From contig OZ024755.1 of assembly GCA_964016885.1 (NCBI GenBank), positions 25,296,001-25,360,000 of the forward strand: a stretch of DNA of 64,000 nt. Reading direction: 5' to 3'. The DNA comes from Eledone cirrhosa (lineage: Eukaryota). This document shows, one piece after another, positions 13,828 to 26,649 of this stretch. Made by a program: the position numbers and the translations under genes. The notes below the pieces were generated by a model. It was not told the DNA's origin and ran no database searches. It saw only the letters and a program-made list of their open reading frames with translations. Position 1 is the first letter of the stretch; each line of letters starts with the position of its first letter.

Positions 13828-14520
13828 GGTGGTGGTGGCAGCAGTGGTAGTGTTATTGTTGTTGGTTGTGGTGGTGGTGGTGGTGGTGGCGGCAGTGGTA
13901 GTGTTATTGTTGTTGGTTGTGGTGGTGGTGGTGGTAGTGCTGTGTGTTGTTGTAGTAATAGAGGAGGGGGTGTGTTCTTCTTGTAGAAATAAGGTCACAT
14001 TCTGTTGGTGGTGTGGGAACTAGTTGATAGTGGTGTAATGGTTATGGTGGTGGTGGTGGTGGTGGTTATGGTGTGATGGTGATGTTTGATATAGTTGTGG
14101 TTGTGGTGGTGGTGGTGGTGGTGGTGGTGGTGGTAGTTGTGGTGTGATGGTGATGTTTGATATAGTTGTGGTGGTGGTGATGGTAGTGGCAGTGGTATGA
14201 TGGTGATGTAATGGTCGTGGTGATGGTTATGGTTGTGGTGGCAGTGGTGTGGTGGTGGTTATGGTGGTGGTTATGGTGGTGGTGATGGTTGTGATGGTGG
14301 TAGTGGTATGATGGTGATGTAATGGTCGTGGTGATGGTTATGGTTGTGGTGGCAATGGTGTGGTGGTGGTGGTGGTGGTAGTGGTATGATGGTGATGTAA
14401 TGGTCGTGGTGATGGTTATGGTGGTGATGGTTGTGATGGTGGTAGTGGTATGATGGTGGTGTAGGTGGTGGTGGTGTAGTGATGGTGGTGGTGTTGGTGT
14501 GGTGGTGTTTGATGTAGTCA
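13386..14520 (+). repeat. GGT/GTT-rich low-complexity tract
   Basis: (ggt)n/(gtt)n with internal duplications. Confidence 0.9.
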
Positions 14521-14720
14521 TGCTGATACTCCGCGTTAATGGCGGTGTGGTGGCTGTGGTAAAGAATTTGGTGATTGGGGGAAGTGGAAATGTGTTGGAT
14601 AACGGGATGAACGAATAAATGAGATAGAGAGAGAGGGAGGGGGGATGAGAAGAAAGGAAACATGTCCTCCCACCACACCCTTGTCTTTTCCATCTTCCAT
14701 CTCATCATCCCTGACTCACT

Positions 14721-14752
<32 letters not shown>

Positions 14753-14901
14753 GTCTCTCTCTGTCTACACCACAACTTTAGCAACCAGTTAGAGTTACCT
14801 CTAGATTTTCACACACTAACGCTGCTTAATTCTCACCGACATATATACATACATGTATATATATATGTGTGTATGTATATATATGTATATATATATGTGT
14901 G

Positions 14902-14955
<54 letters not shown>

Positions 14956-14977
14956 CATGTATATATATATATGTGTG

Positions 14978-15052
<75 letters not shown>

Positions 15053-15148
15053 ATATACATATGTATGATTATGTATATATATAGTTATATATATATATAT
15101 ATATATGAAATTTCGTTTCATTTTTTCCGTTTATATATCTATATATAG

Positions 15149-15214
<66 letters not shown>

Positions 15215-15216
<2 letters not shown>

Positions 15217-15408
15217 CGAAGGAAATGTGGTAAGGAACCGGGTGGACCATAACGCACCAAAGTACTCAATACTTGAGGTAGTAGAGTGGGTAATAGGAAC
15301 CAGTAAGACCCCGACAGCTGAGCTCAAGCCGTTTCGACGGCTAATTCTGGACTGTCCAGAATTAGCCGTCGAAACGGCTTGAGCTCAGCTGTCGGAGTCT
15401 TACTGGTT

Positions 15409-15413
<5 letters not shown>
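15215..15413 (-). mobile_element. Family A1 fold-back element (60-bp arms 15293-15413, 1-nt loop)
   Basis: ataggaaccagtaagacccc..ctaattctggac-t-gtccagaattag..gtcttactggttcctat plus 78-bp tail, inside (TA)n. Confidence 0.9.
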
Positions 15414-15455
<42 letters not shown>

Positions 15456-15510
15456 CTATATATATATATATAGTTATATATATAGATATATATCACTATA
15501 TATATATAAC

Positions 15511-15542
<32 letters not shown>

Positions 15543-15882
15543 AATATATATATATATATACATAATCATACATATGTATATATACATGTATACATATGTG
15601 ATGTGTGTGTGTGTAAATAGAGAGAAAGAGAGAGAGAGATGACATTTTAAAAGTGGTCTTTAAAATCTAACAATGTTGGGGGTGCAATATATTGTGAAAA
15701 GATCCATCACAAACCACAAATAAAATCTTCCAATTCCTGAAGGTTACACAAATATTTAACAACAAAAATGTTGAATTCTTCTTTATCTGTGACCCCCCCC
15801 CCCCCCTCCACACACTGTTCCTTCTTTATTTTAGCTTTGGCTCTATTTATATATACACATATGTGAGTGTGTGTGTGTGAGG

Positions 15883-15919
<37 letters not shown>

Positions 15920-15936
15920 CAAATGGAAACTATATT

Positions 15937-16002
15937 TATTTCATTATACATATTTCAAGGGCCACCAAGGCAAACTATGGTGCGCTTTCATCAGATAAAA
16001 TA
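15937..16002 (-). ncRNA. Minimal type-I hammerhead ribozyme
   Basis: tattttat-CTGATGA-AAG-cg-CACCA-loop-TGGTG-gcc-CTT-GAAA-TATGTA-TA-atgaaata. Confidence 0.75.
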
Positions 16003-16091
16003 TAATATAGGTTAGTTTTATAAATAAATATTGACATACCCTGAAAAAATGCAACCATTCTGGTTGGAATCTATCTATATATAGAGAGAGA

Positions 16092-16230
16092 GGTAGAACC
16101 CTGGAAGGTAATATCCATAGTGGTAAAGCACTTAGTCCATGGGACGAGTTTAGTAGAAGTAGTAACTTGTGATCAATAAATAAATCACTAAACACCTCTT
16201 CCATGTAGCACCGCGAAAGAGTGTTCTATA
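16092..16230 (-). mobile_element. Family D (TA)n element
   Basis: Reverse complement cttctactaaactcgtcccatggactaagtgc..ggatattaccttccagggttctacc matches 42168-42237. Confidence 0.7.
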
Positions 16231-16489
16231 GATCCATCACATGGTTTGACATTGGTGAATGTGGACCACTTAGTCAAAAGTGCAGGGTTAATACATGTCT
16301 TCGTTTGATCAGCCCTATTAGTGTCAAAAAACTATGTTTGTTAGTTTACCAAACAAATTGTAAATTCAAATTATTTTATTTAGGAGAATGGACGCAAAAC
16401 TGAGAGAAAGAGACGCACATTGTACAGTTAACTGACCCCGTGTGTGTGTGTGTGTGTTACTGAGGGTACGTAGTTTCGTGGATAGGGTG

Positions 16490-16770
16490 ATATTATAAGC
16501 GTAAATTTGATTCCCGACGGCGCTTCGTGTCCTTGAGCAAGTCACTTTATTTCACGTTGCTCCACTCAGCTGACAAAAGCGAGTAGCACTTGTAATACAA
16601 AGGGTCAGACTTGTCGCAACGCTATGTCACACCGAATTTCCCTGAGAACTACCATAAAGTTACACGTGACTATGAAATGAAAGGTTCTGTCAGTAACACG
16701 TTAATTACTTGAGCAGGTTGTTTCGTTGTTCAAACAACTGGAACACTCGTGGTCGACACCGACGGGGATC
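16490..16770 (+). mobile_element. SINE family S2 (tRNA head + gtgtccttgagcaag domain)
   Basis: ttgattcccgac..gtgtccttgagcaagtcacttta..aaacaactggaacactcgtggtcg; paralog 60372-60668. Confidence 0.7.
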
Positions 16771-16999
16771 CAACACTTCGGCGCGTGCGTGCGTGTGTGT
16801 GTGTGTTTTCTGTATTTTCTTCCCAATTCAGAGGTTTGAGATTCTTCTTCAAGATATACTTACTAACCGCTGTTTTTGTTTTATTCACTCTACACTCAAT
16901 GTACTAACTGAATGGAGAGTTTGTTTTTTAATGGAGATATCATTGTTGGAAAGAGGTTGTGTGGCGGAATAGGGTGGATTATGGTTAGATGGAATGAGG

Positions 17000-17520
17000 G
17001 TGGAGTGTGGTGTAATGGCGTGAAGCGGTGTGAGGTTATTCGAAGTGTGGTGGATTGTGGTGTTGGGTTATTCGGAGATGGTTGAGTCGAGTGTGGGGTG
17101 TGGTGTGTTGTGCAGTTTGGTGTGGTGCAGGGTTGTTCGAAGTGTTTGGGGTGGGGTGTGGTGTAGTGTTATGTGCTGTTGTGTGTTGTAGTGTAATGTA
17201 ATGTGGTGTAGTGTAATGTAGTGTGGTATAGTGTAGTGTAGTGTGGTATTATGTGCTGTGGTGTGTTGTAGTGTAATGTAATGTAATGTAGTGTGGTGTG
17301 GTGTGGTGCAGTGTAGTGTGGTGTTATGTGCTGTGGTGTGTTGTCGTGTAAATGTAATGTGGTGTAGTATAATGTAGTGTGGTATAGTGTAGTGTAGTGT
17401 GGTGTGGTGTGTTGTAGTGTAATGTAATGTGGTATAGTGTGGTGTGGTGCAATGTAATGTAATGTGGTGTGGTGTAATGTAGTGTAGTATAGCGTAATGT
17501 AGTATAATGTAATATGGTAT
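17000..17520 (+). repeat. Degenerate pentanucleotide (gtgta/gtgtg/atgta)n tract
   Basis: 5-bp periodicity. Confidence 0.85.
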
Positions 17521-17762
17521 AATTCACAATGCGCTCATTACCAAATAAATATAGTTTTGTTGATCTAATTATACACACTGAACCTTTTGTGGTGTAACTT
17601 CTGTTGGCTTTATTGCCCGTCTGCCTTTATCTATGTTTATACATACATACACATACATACATGCACACATATATATATATATATATACATACATATAAAT
17701 ATATACATACATATATATAAATATATACAAATATATATATACATACATATCTATATAAATAC

Positions 17763-17793
<31 letters not shown>

Positions 17794-17848
17794 TATGCAT
17801 ACATATACATACATATCTATATATATACATACATATCTATATAAATAC

Positions 17849-17881
<33 letters not shown>

Positions 17882-17926
17882 CATATATATATATGCATAC
17901 ATATACATACATATCTATATAAATGC

Positions 17927-17957
<31 letters not shown>

Positions 17958-18255
17958 TATATGCATACATATATATATATACATACATAGAGAAAATTGA
18001 GGTTGGTAATGGCACATGGAATATATAAGAGACAGAATACTTTTTTGTGAAAAAACATATAATTTTATAAGGTAAGGAAATAATAAAGGGTATATACATA
18101 CATATATATACATACATCTGTATATATATATATATATACATACATCTGTATATATATATATATATATATACATACATCTGTATATATATATATACATACA
18201 TATATCTATACATACATACATCTGTATATATATATATATATACATACATATATCT

Positions 18256-18316
<61 letters not shown>

Positions 18317-18552
18317 CATACATATATATATATATACATATATATGTATGTATGTATGTATATTGATGTATATTGTAGGTCAGTAAGCCAGTTTTCATGT
18401 ATGCATGTAATTGTATATACATAGATATGTGTATATGCATGTATGCACTGCTGTATATAAATATAGACGTATCGGTTTACAAATTAAATTTAAGAGTACT
18501 CAATACAGGGCCAGTGTTTCATTGTTATAGTAACTAACATTTTAATCACACA

Positions 18553-19066
18553 TATATACACAAACACACGCATAATTATATACACAAACACACGCATAAT
18601 TATATACACAAACACACGCATAATTATATACACAAACACACGCATAATTATATACACAAACACACGCAGAATTATATACACAAACACACGCATAATTATA
18701 TACACAAACACACGCAGAATTATATACACAAACACACGCAGAATTATATACACAAACACACGCAGAATTATATACACAAACACACGCATAATTATATACA
18801 CAAACACACGCAGAATTATATACACAAACACACGCATAATTATATACACAAACACACGCAGAATTATATACACAAACACACGCAGAATTATATACACAAA
18901 CACAGGCAGAATTATATACACAAACACACGCAGAATTATATACACAAACACAGGCATAATTATATACACAAACACACGCAGAATTATATACACAAACACA
19001 CGCATAATTATATACACAAACACACGCATAATTATATACACAAACACACGTATAATTATATATACA
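18553..19066 (+). repeat. 24-bp minisatellite (tatatacacaaacacacgcaKaat) x ~21
   Basis: 24-bp periodicity. Confidence 0.97.
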
Positions 19067-19164
19067 GACACACAAACATGTATATATGTGTTAGTGTGTA
19101 TATATGAATGTGTTACCCGGTTTAATAACCTACAAAATAAAGGCTTAAGAGAGAGAGAGAGAGG

Positions 19165-19263
<99 letters not shown>

Positions 19264-19529
19264 GAGCGGGGGCTTTAAAAAACCTTGAGGCCAAAGATAA
19301 ATAGATCAGATAGACGGCGGGGCGGCGTGGACTGAAGCTAATCCTACAGTAATCCGTCAATCCAATCATTATTACCGACATCATCATCATCATCATCATC
19401 ATCACCAGCAGCAGCATCATCATCATCATCAGTCCCAATATCCCAATCATCATCATCATCACCACCAGCATCATCACCATCGTCGTCATCATCACCCAAT
19501 ATCACCACCACCATAATCATCGACACCAT

Positions 19530-20414
19530 TATCATCATCATCATCGTTATCACCTTCACCACCATCGCCACCACCAAAATCACCACCATCATCATCATCA
19601 TCGTTATCACCTTCACCACCATCGCCACCACCAAAATCACCACCATCATCATCATCATCGTTATCACCTTCACCACCATCGCCACCACCAAAATCACCAC
19701 CATCATCATCATCATCGTTATCACCTTCACCACCATCGCCACCACCAAAATCACCACCATCATCATCATCATCGTTATCACCTTCACCACCATCGCCACC
19801 ACCAAAATCACCACCATCATCATCATCATCGTTATCACCTTCACCACCATCGCCATCACCAAAATCACCACCACCATCATCATCATCATCGTTATCACCT
19901 TCACCACCATCGCCACCACCAAAATCACCACCATCATCATCATCATCGTTATCACCTTCACCACCATCGCCACCACCAAAATCACCACCATCATCATCAT
20001 CATCGTTATCACCTTCACCACCATCGCCACCACCAAAATCACCACCATCATCATCATCATCGTTATCACCTTCACCACCATCGCCACCACCAAAATCACC
20101 ACCATCATCATCATCATCGTTATCACCTTCACCACCATCGCCACCACCAAAATCACCACCATCATCATCATCATCGTTATCACCTTCACCACCATCGCCA
20201 CCACCAAAATCACCACCATCATCATCATCATCGTTATCACCTTCACCACCATCGCCACCACCAAAATCACCACCATCATCATCATCATCGTTATCACCTT
20301 CACCACCATCATCATCATCATCGTTATCACCTTCACCACCATCGCCACCACCAAAATCACCACCATCATCATCATCATCGTTATCACCTTCACCACCATC
20401 GCCACCACCAAAAT

Positions 20415-20425
<11 letters not shown>
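19530..20425 (+). repeat. 57-bp minisatellite built from CAT/CAC triplets x ~15
   Basis: atcatcatcatcatcgttatcaccttcaccaccatcgccaccaccaaaatcaccacc repeated. Confidence 0.95.
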
Positions 20426-20446
<21 letters not shown>

Positions 20447-20763
20447 TCATCACTGTCATAATTATTGCTATTATCTACATCGCCATCAACATCACCCGCC
20501 CAACAAACAACGCATTACCACAGCTATCACTGCCCTGTATTAGATGTTAATGATGATGTTAATGATGATGATGACGATGACGATGACGATGATGATGATG
20601 ATGGTGGTGATAATGCTGATGATGGTGATGATGATGGTGATAATGGTGATGATGATGGGGTTTATGACAATGACGTTGATATTGATGATGATGGCGATGA
20701 TGGTGATGATGATGATGGTGATAATGATGATGGTGATGATGATGATGGTGATGATGATGATGG

Positions 20764-20796
<33 letters not shown>

Positions 20797-21068
20797 CGAC
20801 GACGATGGTGATAATGACGATGACATAGCTATCATCCTTGCTAACATTGTTACGCAGATATAAAGTGAAACACAGCAGATTTGATATTGTGTTCTTTTTG
20901 TTCTACATTGCACAGTTTGGAGACATTACACAGAATGTTATTTACATGTGTCTGTTGACAGAGGCGGTAGAGTGTCCGGGAAAATGCTTTGTGCCATTTC
21001 TTCCGGCTTTTTACTTTTTAATTTCAAATCGCCCAAGTCACTGTTGCCTTTTACCCCTTTAATTACCC

Positions 21069-21161
21069 CTTCAAGTTCTATAGAGTATTAGTCAGACACT
21101 TCAAGTTCTATAAAGTATTAGTCAGACACTTCAAGTTCAATAAAGTATTAGTCAGACACTT
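21069..21161 (+). repeat. 30-bp tandem repeat x3
   Basis: cttcaagttctataaagtattagtcagaca x3. Confidence 0.9.
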
Positions 21162-21245
21162 TAATCGCCATTCCACACCGCTTAAAGATGCTAACCCTGT
21201 GCCAATATTAACCCTTTACCACTTACATTACTCTATATATACTAT

Positions 21246-21433
21246 AGGGCGGTGAATTAGCAGTATCGGTAGAGGGTCGGACGCCATGCTTTGACGCACA
21301 GAGTTACGGCCCTTGCCATTCTGAGTTCAAATCCCGCCGAGGTTAACTTTGCCTTTCATCCTTACGCGGTCGATAAAATAAAGTACCAGTAATACACTGG
21401 GTAATTGGTGGCCTTGTGCCAAAAGTAGAAACA
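21246..21433 (+). mobile_element. SINE S1, full length with 19-bp TSD
   Basis: A/B boxes, core, tail; attactctatatatactat at 21227-21245 and 21434-21452. Confidence 0.93.
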
Positions 21434-21605
21434 ATTACTCTATATATACTATTAGATTTTCGTGGTGAATAATAATAATAATAATATCGAATTATTAAAT
21501 CAGGATCCATTATTATAACTGACATCAGTGTTGTTGTTTTTGTGATGTTTCTATTGTATTGAAAGAACTATTAGTAATACTATACCCTAGTACACGTATC
21601 AAATG

Positions 21606-21673
<68 letters not shown>

Positions 21674-21677
<4 letters not shown>

Positions 21678-21954
21678 AACGTTTGAATATGTGTAATAAG
21701 GCCAAAACAATGCAGGTATGGACATAGAAAAAAGAATGCAATAGTAAAAGATATTGTTGAGAATTTGTCTTTCACCTTGAATTTATTTAAATGACATTTA
21801 AATAAATTCAAGGTGAAAGACAAATTCTCAACAATATCTTTTACTATTGCATTCTTTTTTCTATGTCCATACCTGCATTGTTTTGGCCTTATTACACATA
21901 TTCAAACGTTTATACCTCATTACACAATGCTTCAAGTGAACTATAACCTCCTCC
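21674..21954 (+). mobile_element. Fold-back element: 120-bp-arm palindrome (21674-21914) + 40-nt tail
   Basis: Centre aaatg-a-cattt at 21794; TA on both sides. Confidence 0.75.
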
Positions 21955-21970
21955 ATATATATATATATAA

Positions 21971-22182
21971 TTACAACAGTGACATAAACAGGTACTTAAG
22001 TTTCGTTGGGTTCTGGACCCCTACTCATTCTTCTTATTTTTCTTATAACAGACTGAATGAGTTGGGGTCCAGAACCCAACCAAATTTTTAAGTACCTGTT
22101 TATGTCACTGTTGTAAATATTTATACTAAACTCATCCTATGGACTGAGTGCTCTTATCCTTGGATATTTCTACCAAACTTTT

Positions 22183-22189
<7 letters not shown>
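21971..22189 (+). mobile_element. Fold-back element (arms 21971-22030 / 22055-22116) with hammerhead variant and tail
   Basis: Arm consensus aacaga-CTGAATGA-GTTGGG-gtccagaa-CCCAAC-GAAA-CTTAAG-TA-cctgtt; tail aACTCatcctatggactGAGTGCT. Confidence 0.75.
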
Positions 22190-22242
<53 letters not shown>

Positions 22243-22328
22243 GTATATATACACACAGAAAATATCGACATGTATCGCTATGGCAACTGTAAATTAATGC
22301 TTTCTGTATTTTTCCCGCCATTTTTCAG

Positions 22329-22380
22329 CTTTTCCATTTGCAATCAAAGGATACCCTAGTGTGTTGCCGTCACAGTATGG
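22329..22380 (+). CDS. Candidate 52-nt internal exon (xFPFAIKGYPSVLPSQYG)
   Basis: Pyrimidine-rich tttttcAG acceptor, consensus G|GTAAGT donor, open frame in unique sequence. Confidence 0.4.
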
Positions 22381-22449
22381 GTAAGTACTTAGCACTCACA
22401 TAACAAAATATACATTAACAGAGGAGAAAATAATAATGATAATAATAAT

Positions 22450-23068
22450 TTCTTTATTGCCCAAAATGGCCGACATAGAGGGGACAATAAAAAGGACGGG
22501 GACAGTAGGGGCCTACAAGGAAGTCAAATGAAATATGTATTAACAAATGACAATAAACAATACAATTATAAAAATGAAAATTCCCCAATACGGATGAGTA
22601 CGATTCGGGGGTGACTCAGAAACCCCACCAAACCTAAAACATGATCTAAAACGGTTTCCATGAGTGGCCGTTAACTTTGACCACCGAGCATATGCCGCTG
22701 TCCATTGCCGCGATCTAGTCGCTAAAGACGAGGCCGAAGACAGCTGCCTTGAGGACAGCCTCCAGGTATCAATGGTCGACTCTATCGAAGGCTTTCGATT
22801 AAGTCAAATTGATCACAGCCCCATCGAAGCCATGTTTACTCATCACCCTTTCTATGATGTATCGCATGAGGTTGAGGTTGTCATGTATGTAACTGATGGG
22901 GATTGCGCACGTCTGTGCCTCTCCTACCAGGCTCTCGGCAACATGCACTAAACTCCTTGCTAACACCTTGGCAAAAATCTAAAGCTCTGTGTTGAGCAGA
23001 GATATGGGCCCCAAGTTCTCGTCTTTCCTCATCAGTGTTACTACGCCCCGACTTACAAACTGGGAAGT
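22450..23068 (-). mobile_element. Decayed Tx1/L1-like LINE: RT fragment joined to 3'UTR
   Basis: GPISLLNTEL*IFAKVLARSL..QTCAIP..IHDNLNLMRYII..INLT*SKAFDRVDH*YL..SVVKVNGHSWKPF with in-frame stops; ends gcaataaagaa(att)n. Confidence 0.9.
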
Positions 23069-23444
23069 ATATATATATATATACACATACACACAGATAT
23101 ATGTGTGTGTGTGTACATCTATACACACAAGCATATATATATATATATATACGGAATTTCTACCCTGAAGTTAATTTTTTACCGTTTCGATACCAAATGA
23201 AAATATCTGTATGATTTAATTTGGTTCAAACCTATCTTTTTGTGGGAGTGGTTATGGTTTGATTGACAGTTAGAGGGGCCCTTAGCAGGGAGGGATTTTG
23301 TGATGTGACTACTCACTTAGGATACGAAATATTTGGCGGGAGCTGATCAAAAACAAGTGTATGGCACAACTGAAAGGCCCTTGCTTCTCCAGGTTTCCTT
23401 GGTGTTAAGCGTCTGAGATTACAAAACTCTCCTGGAAAAGACGA

Positions 23445-23610
23445 CACAGTGAAACTCCCAGCTACTGCTGGTACTTATTTTCAGCTGAGTTTACTGGAGA
23501 AACGTGAAATGAAGTGTTTTGCTCAAGAACACAGCACCCAATCCGGTCCTAGAATCCACGACATTATGATCATTTGTTCAACACTGTAACCACTATACCA
23601 CGCACCTTCA
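23445..23610 (-). mobile_element. SINE S2-related
   Basis: tgctggtacttattttcagctgagt..aacgtgaaatgaagtgttttgctcaagaacac, shared with 24532-24600. Confidence 0.7.
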
Positions 23611-24119
23611 CCTATGTGTGTTAGTGATATTGGTATACCTATCATTATGTACGCCTCATTCTTCAGGTTTTCACAACCTAGTTATAACAGTGTTGTGTAA
23701 TATGTAGTTGACAGTGTTTCGTTCTGTGTTAGTGTTGTATGGGGTTTCTTCTATGGATTATTTGGAATATATCGTATTGTAGACGTTTGATGGATTCCTT
23801 TAGTTATATGTGTATATCGCTACTCCCGGGGTGTGTCTAATTGTTGGAATATCGTTATGTGGTATGCATGCATGTATATATATATATTCCGACCTCACAC
23901 ACTTACACCTCTCCAAGACAATGTCACTGGACCGAGAGCTTTGGCGCTACACAGTAATAGAGAAAACCCACCTTACCTAAGTACAAAGTGAAACCTACTA
24001 CAGTCAGTAGGCACCTCTAACAAAATACACCCCGTCCCACTACCCCCACCCCATCCACACCACCCCTTCAATGTAAAGTTATGTTGGTACCACAACATCC
24101 AGCCCGAAACAAATGAGAT

Positions 24120-24388
24120 CGTGTAGGTGTCACGACAAAAAGACACACAGTCCACGCTGTAATGTGGCCGTGTAGGTAACACGGTAAAAACCTCCCAGTC
24201 CACACTGTAAATGTGGTTGGTGTTAGGAAGGGCATCCAGCCGTAGAAAACCCGCCAGACAGTCCTATGCGAGCAAGACAACCACTCTTGCCTCAAGTGGG
24301 AAAACCCCCGTCCAAACCCATGCAAGCGTGGAATATGGACGTTACACGATGATGATGAATGAATGATGATGATGATGATGATGATGAT
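24120..24388 (+). mobile_element. SINE family S3 3' part with (atg)n tail
   Basis: ggtgttaggaagggcatccagccgtagaaa..cccatgcaagcgtggaa..ggacgtta..(gat)n; paralog 31995-32198 (-). Confidence 0.8.
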
Positions 24389-24424
24389 ATATATATCTAA
24401 AGTCTAAAGTCTGTCTTAAGACAG

Positions 24425-24667
24425 AAGGCTCATTTGGCCGGTGCTTATCCCGGTTTCATGGCGTGAGAATACAAGACCCCCCCCCCCCCAGACAGAACGC
24501 CAGTCCATCGCAGGGTTAAACATTCAGCTATTGCTGGTAGTCATTTTCAGCTGAGTATACTGGTCCAACGTGAAATGAAGTGTTTTGCTCAAGAACACAA
24601 CACGCAACCCAGGAGTCGAGCCCACGACATTATGACCGTAAGTCCAACACCATTACCACGTGCCTCC
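24425..24667 (-). mobile_element. SINE S2-related, near full length
   Basis: Minus strand tRNA-like head, gtgttcttgagcaaaacacttc, aaccctgcgatggactggcg, tail gaaaccgggataagcaccggcc. Confidence 0.75.
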
Positions 24668-24720
24668 ATTATATATATATATATATATATATAAATGTTA
24701 TCTGAGTTTTTCGAATATTA

Positions 24721-24868
24721 ATAATAATACTCGATTCGTTTGCAATGGTGCAAACATCCTCTTTTAAGCCATGTCAGTAGAATGGCCCGCCATTCTTGCT
24801 CTTGTGTTGGGATGTAAACTCAGATTGCATTTATTGTATTTAGTCATGCCGAGCGATACATTGTTTAC

Positions 24869-24939
<71 letters not shown>

Positions 24940-25048
24940 ATATATATATATGTTTATATTTATTTATATATATATAAATATAAACATATATATATATGTT
25001 TATATTTATTTATATATATATAAATATAAACATATATATATATGTTTA

Positions 25049-25140
<92 letters not shown>

Positions 25141-25144
25141 TATA

Positions 25145-25194
<50 letters not shown>

Positions 25195-25196
25195 TA

Positions 25197-25266
<70 letters not shown>

Positions 25267-25560
25267 TATATATATATATATATATAAACAATGTATCGCT
25301 CGGCATGACTAAATACAATAAATGCAATCTGAGTTTACATTCCAACACAAAAGCAAGAATGGCGGGTCATTCTACTGACATGGCTTAAAAGAGGATGTTT
25401 GCACCATTGCAAACGAATCGAATATTATTATGTCCCAAGGCTCTGATACCATCAAAACTATAAACACAGAGCTGGCATATCTAAGAATGGCTATCATCGA
25501 AATATATATAGCAGTAAATAAAGGATTATGAGTTCATGCAATTGACTTATGTTTCGTCAC
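24721..25560 (+). mobile_element. ~146-bp inverted repeat (24721-24867 / 25286-25431) around a TA-rich spacer, plus tail
   Basis: Arms are reverse complements with ~4 mismatches; tail contains catcGAAATATATATAgcag. Confidence 0.75.
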
Positions 25561-25631
<71 letters not shown>

Positions 25632-25639
25632 ATCGATAG

Positions 25640-25800
25640 TGTGTTGGGTACAATGCTTTGTGGTATTCAGTTCCGCCTTGTTACATTCTGATTTCAAATC
25701 CCGCTGGGGTAAACTTTGCCTTTCATTTTTGTGGGATTGAAACAAAATACCAGTCAAGTAATGGGAGGATTTATTCACATTTTCCTTTTCTTCTCACTCC
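25640..25800 (+). mobile_element. SINE S1-related, degenerate
   Basis: ctgatttcaaatcccgctggggtaaactttgcctttcatttt. Confidence 0.6.
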
Positions 25801-26649
25801 AATCTCTGTTGAACCTCTATTTAAAAGTTATTGTCTATTGGTCTCTGTTGATGTAATGCCAGAGCGCGTTTCTGTACATATATATTTCGTAGCCATAATT
25901 TAACTACCAGCAATATATTGGGGGACAATTGCCTTAGTTGATGAAGAATACCTGTTTATTCAAACAGAATTAATATCATCATTATTCATATCACTCACTT
26001 GGCCTAGTTGGATGTTTGGCTGGGCGGTGGGTTGTTTCTGTGAGCAAATCTCTTCATTTTACGAAACTCCACTCAATTCGACCGGAAAAAAGATGAGTTC
26101 CAACAGCAATAATCTCTGCAGTAGACGGGCGTTCTGTTCAGGGAGGAATCTCTTATGATAGGTCTGGGGCCTCAATCATTAAAGCATTCAAGAAACCTAT
26201 GAGATGCACCTTCGAAGAAGGCCAACTAAACCTACATAGCTGTGGGCGGTAACAACTGCAATACGATATGATTGGGGAAACAACTCCCAAATGTCCCCCA
26301 CGTCTACTTGTACATAAAACATATGAATATACAGATACCCTTCACTTAACAAACGAGGTTCTGTTTCGCCGACCTGGTTGTAAAGTGAATTGGTTGATAA
26401 ACAAACAGCTCACTTAATGACAGGATTCTGTTACACTGGCAGTTTTATGTTCATCGCCTCTTTGATTTTTGCCAATAACGTCAAATTTGTCACGCCATGT
26501 CAGGTTTTTCCATTTTGCTTCACCGAAATATGTTATTTTATTTCGGATGTCATTGTTATATTTCGACAATGGCGTTTTATACAGTTTTTCTAAGTTTCTT
26601 CTCAAATGAATACATTGCTACAAAAGCATGTAGTTACACATTGCTATAT

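Noticed and set aside
18490-19075. Cys-rich repeat ORF
   Set aside because: 24-bp minisatellite derived from TA/CA microsatellite.
19344-20863. Poly-M/V and poly-D ORFs
   Set aside because: CAT/GAT triplet repeats.
21246-21340. tRNA genes at A/B-box motifs
   Set aside because: They are SINE heads followed by core and tail; no full cloverleaf.
23015-23035. CTGATGAG on minus strand as a hammerhead
   Set aside because: Lies in Tx1 RT coding sequence (TLMRKD) with no stems.
26330-26400. Tigger/pogo-like terminal inverted repeat
   Set aside because: No matching partner end found by eye.
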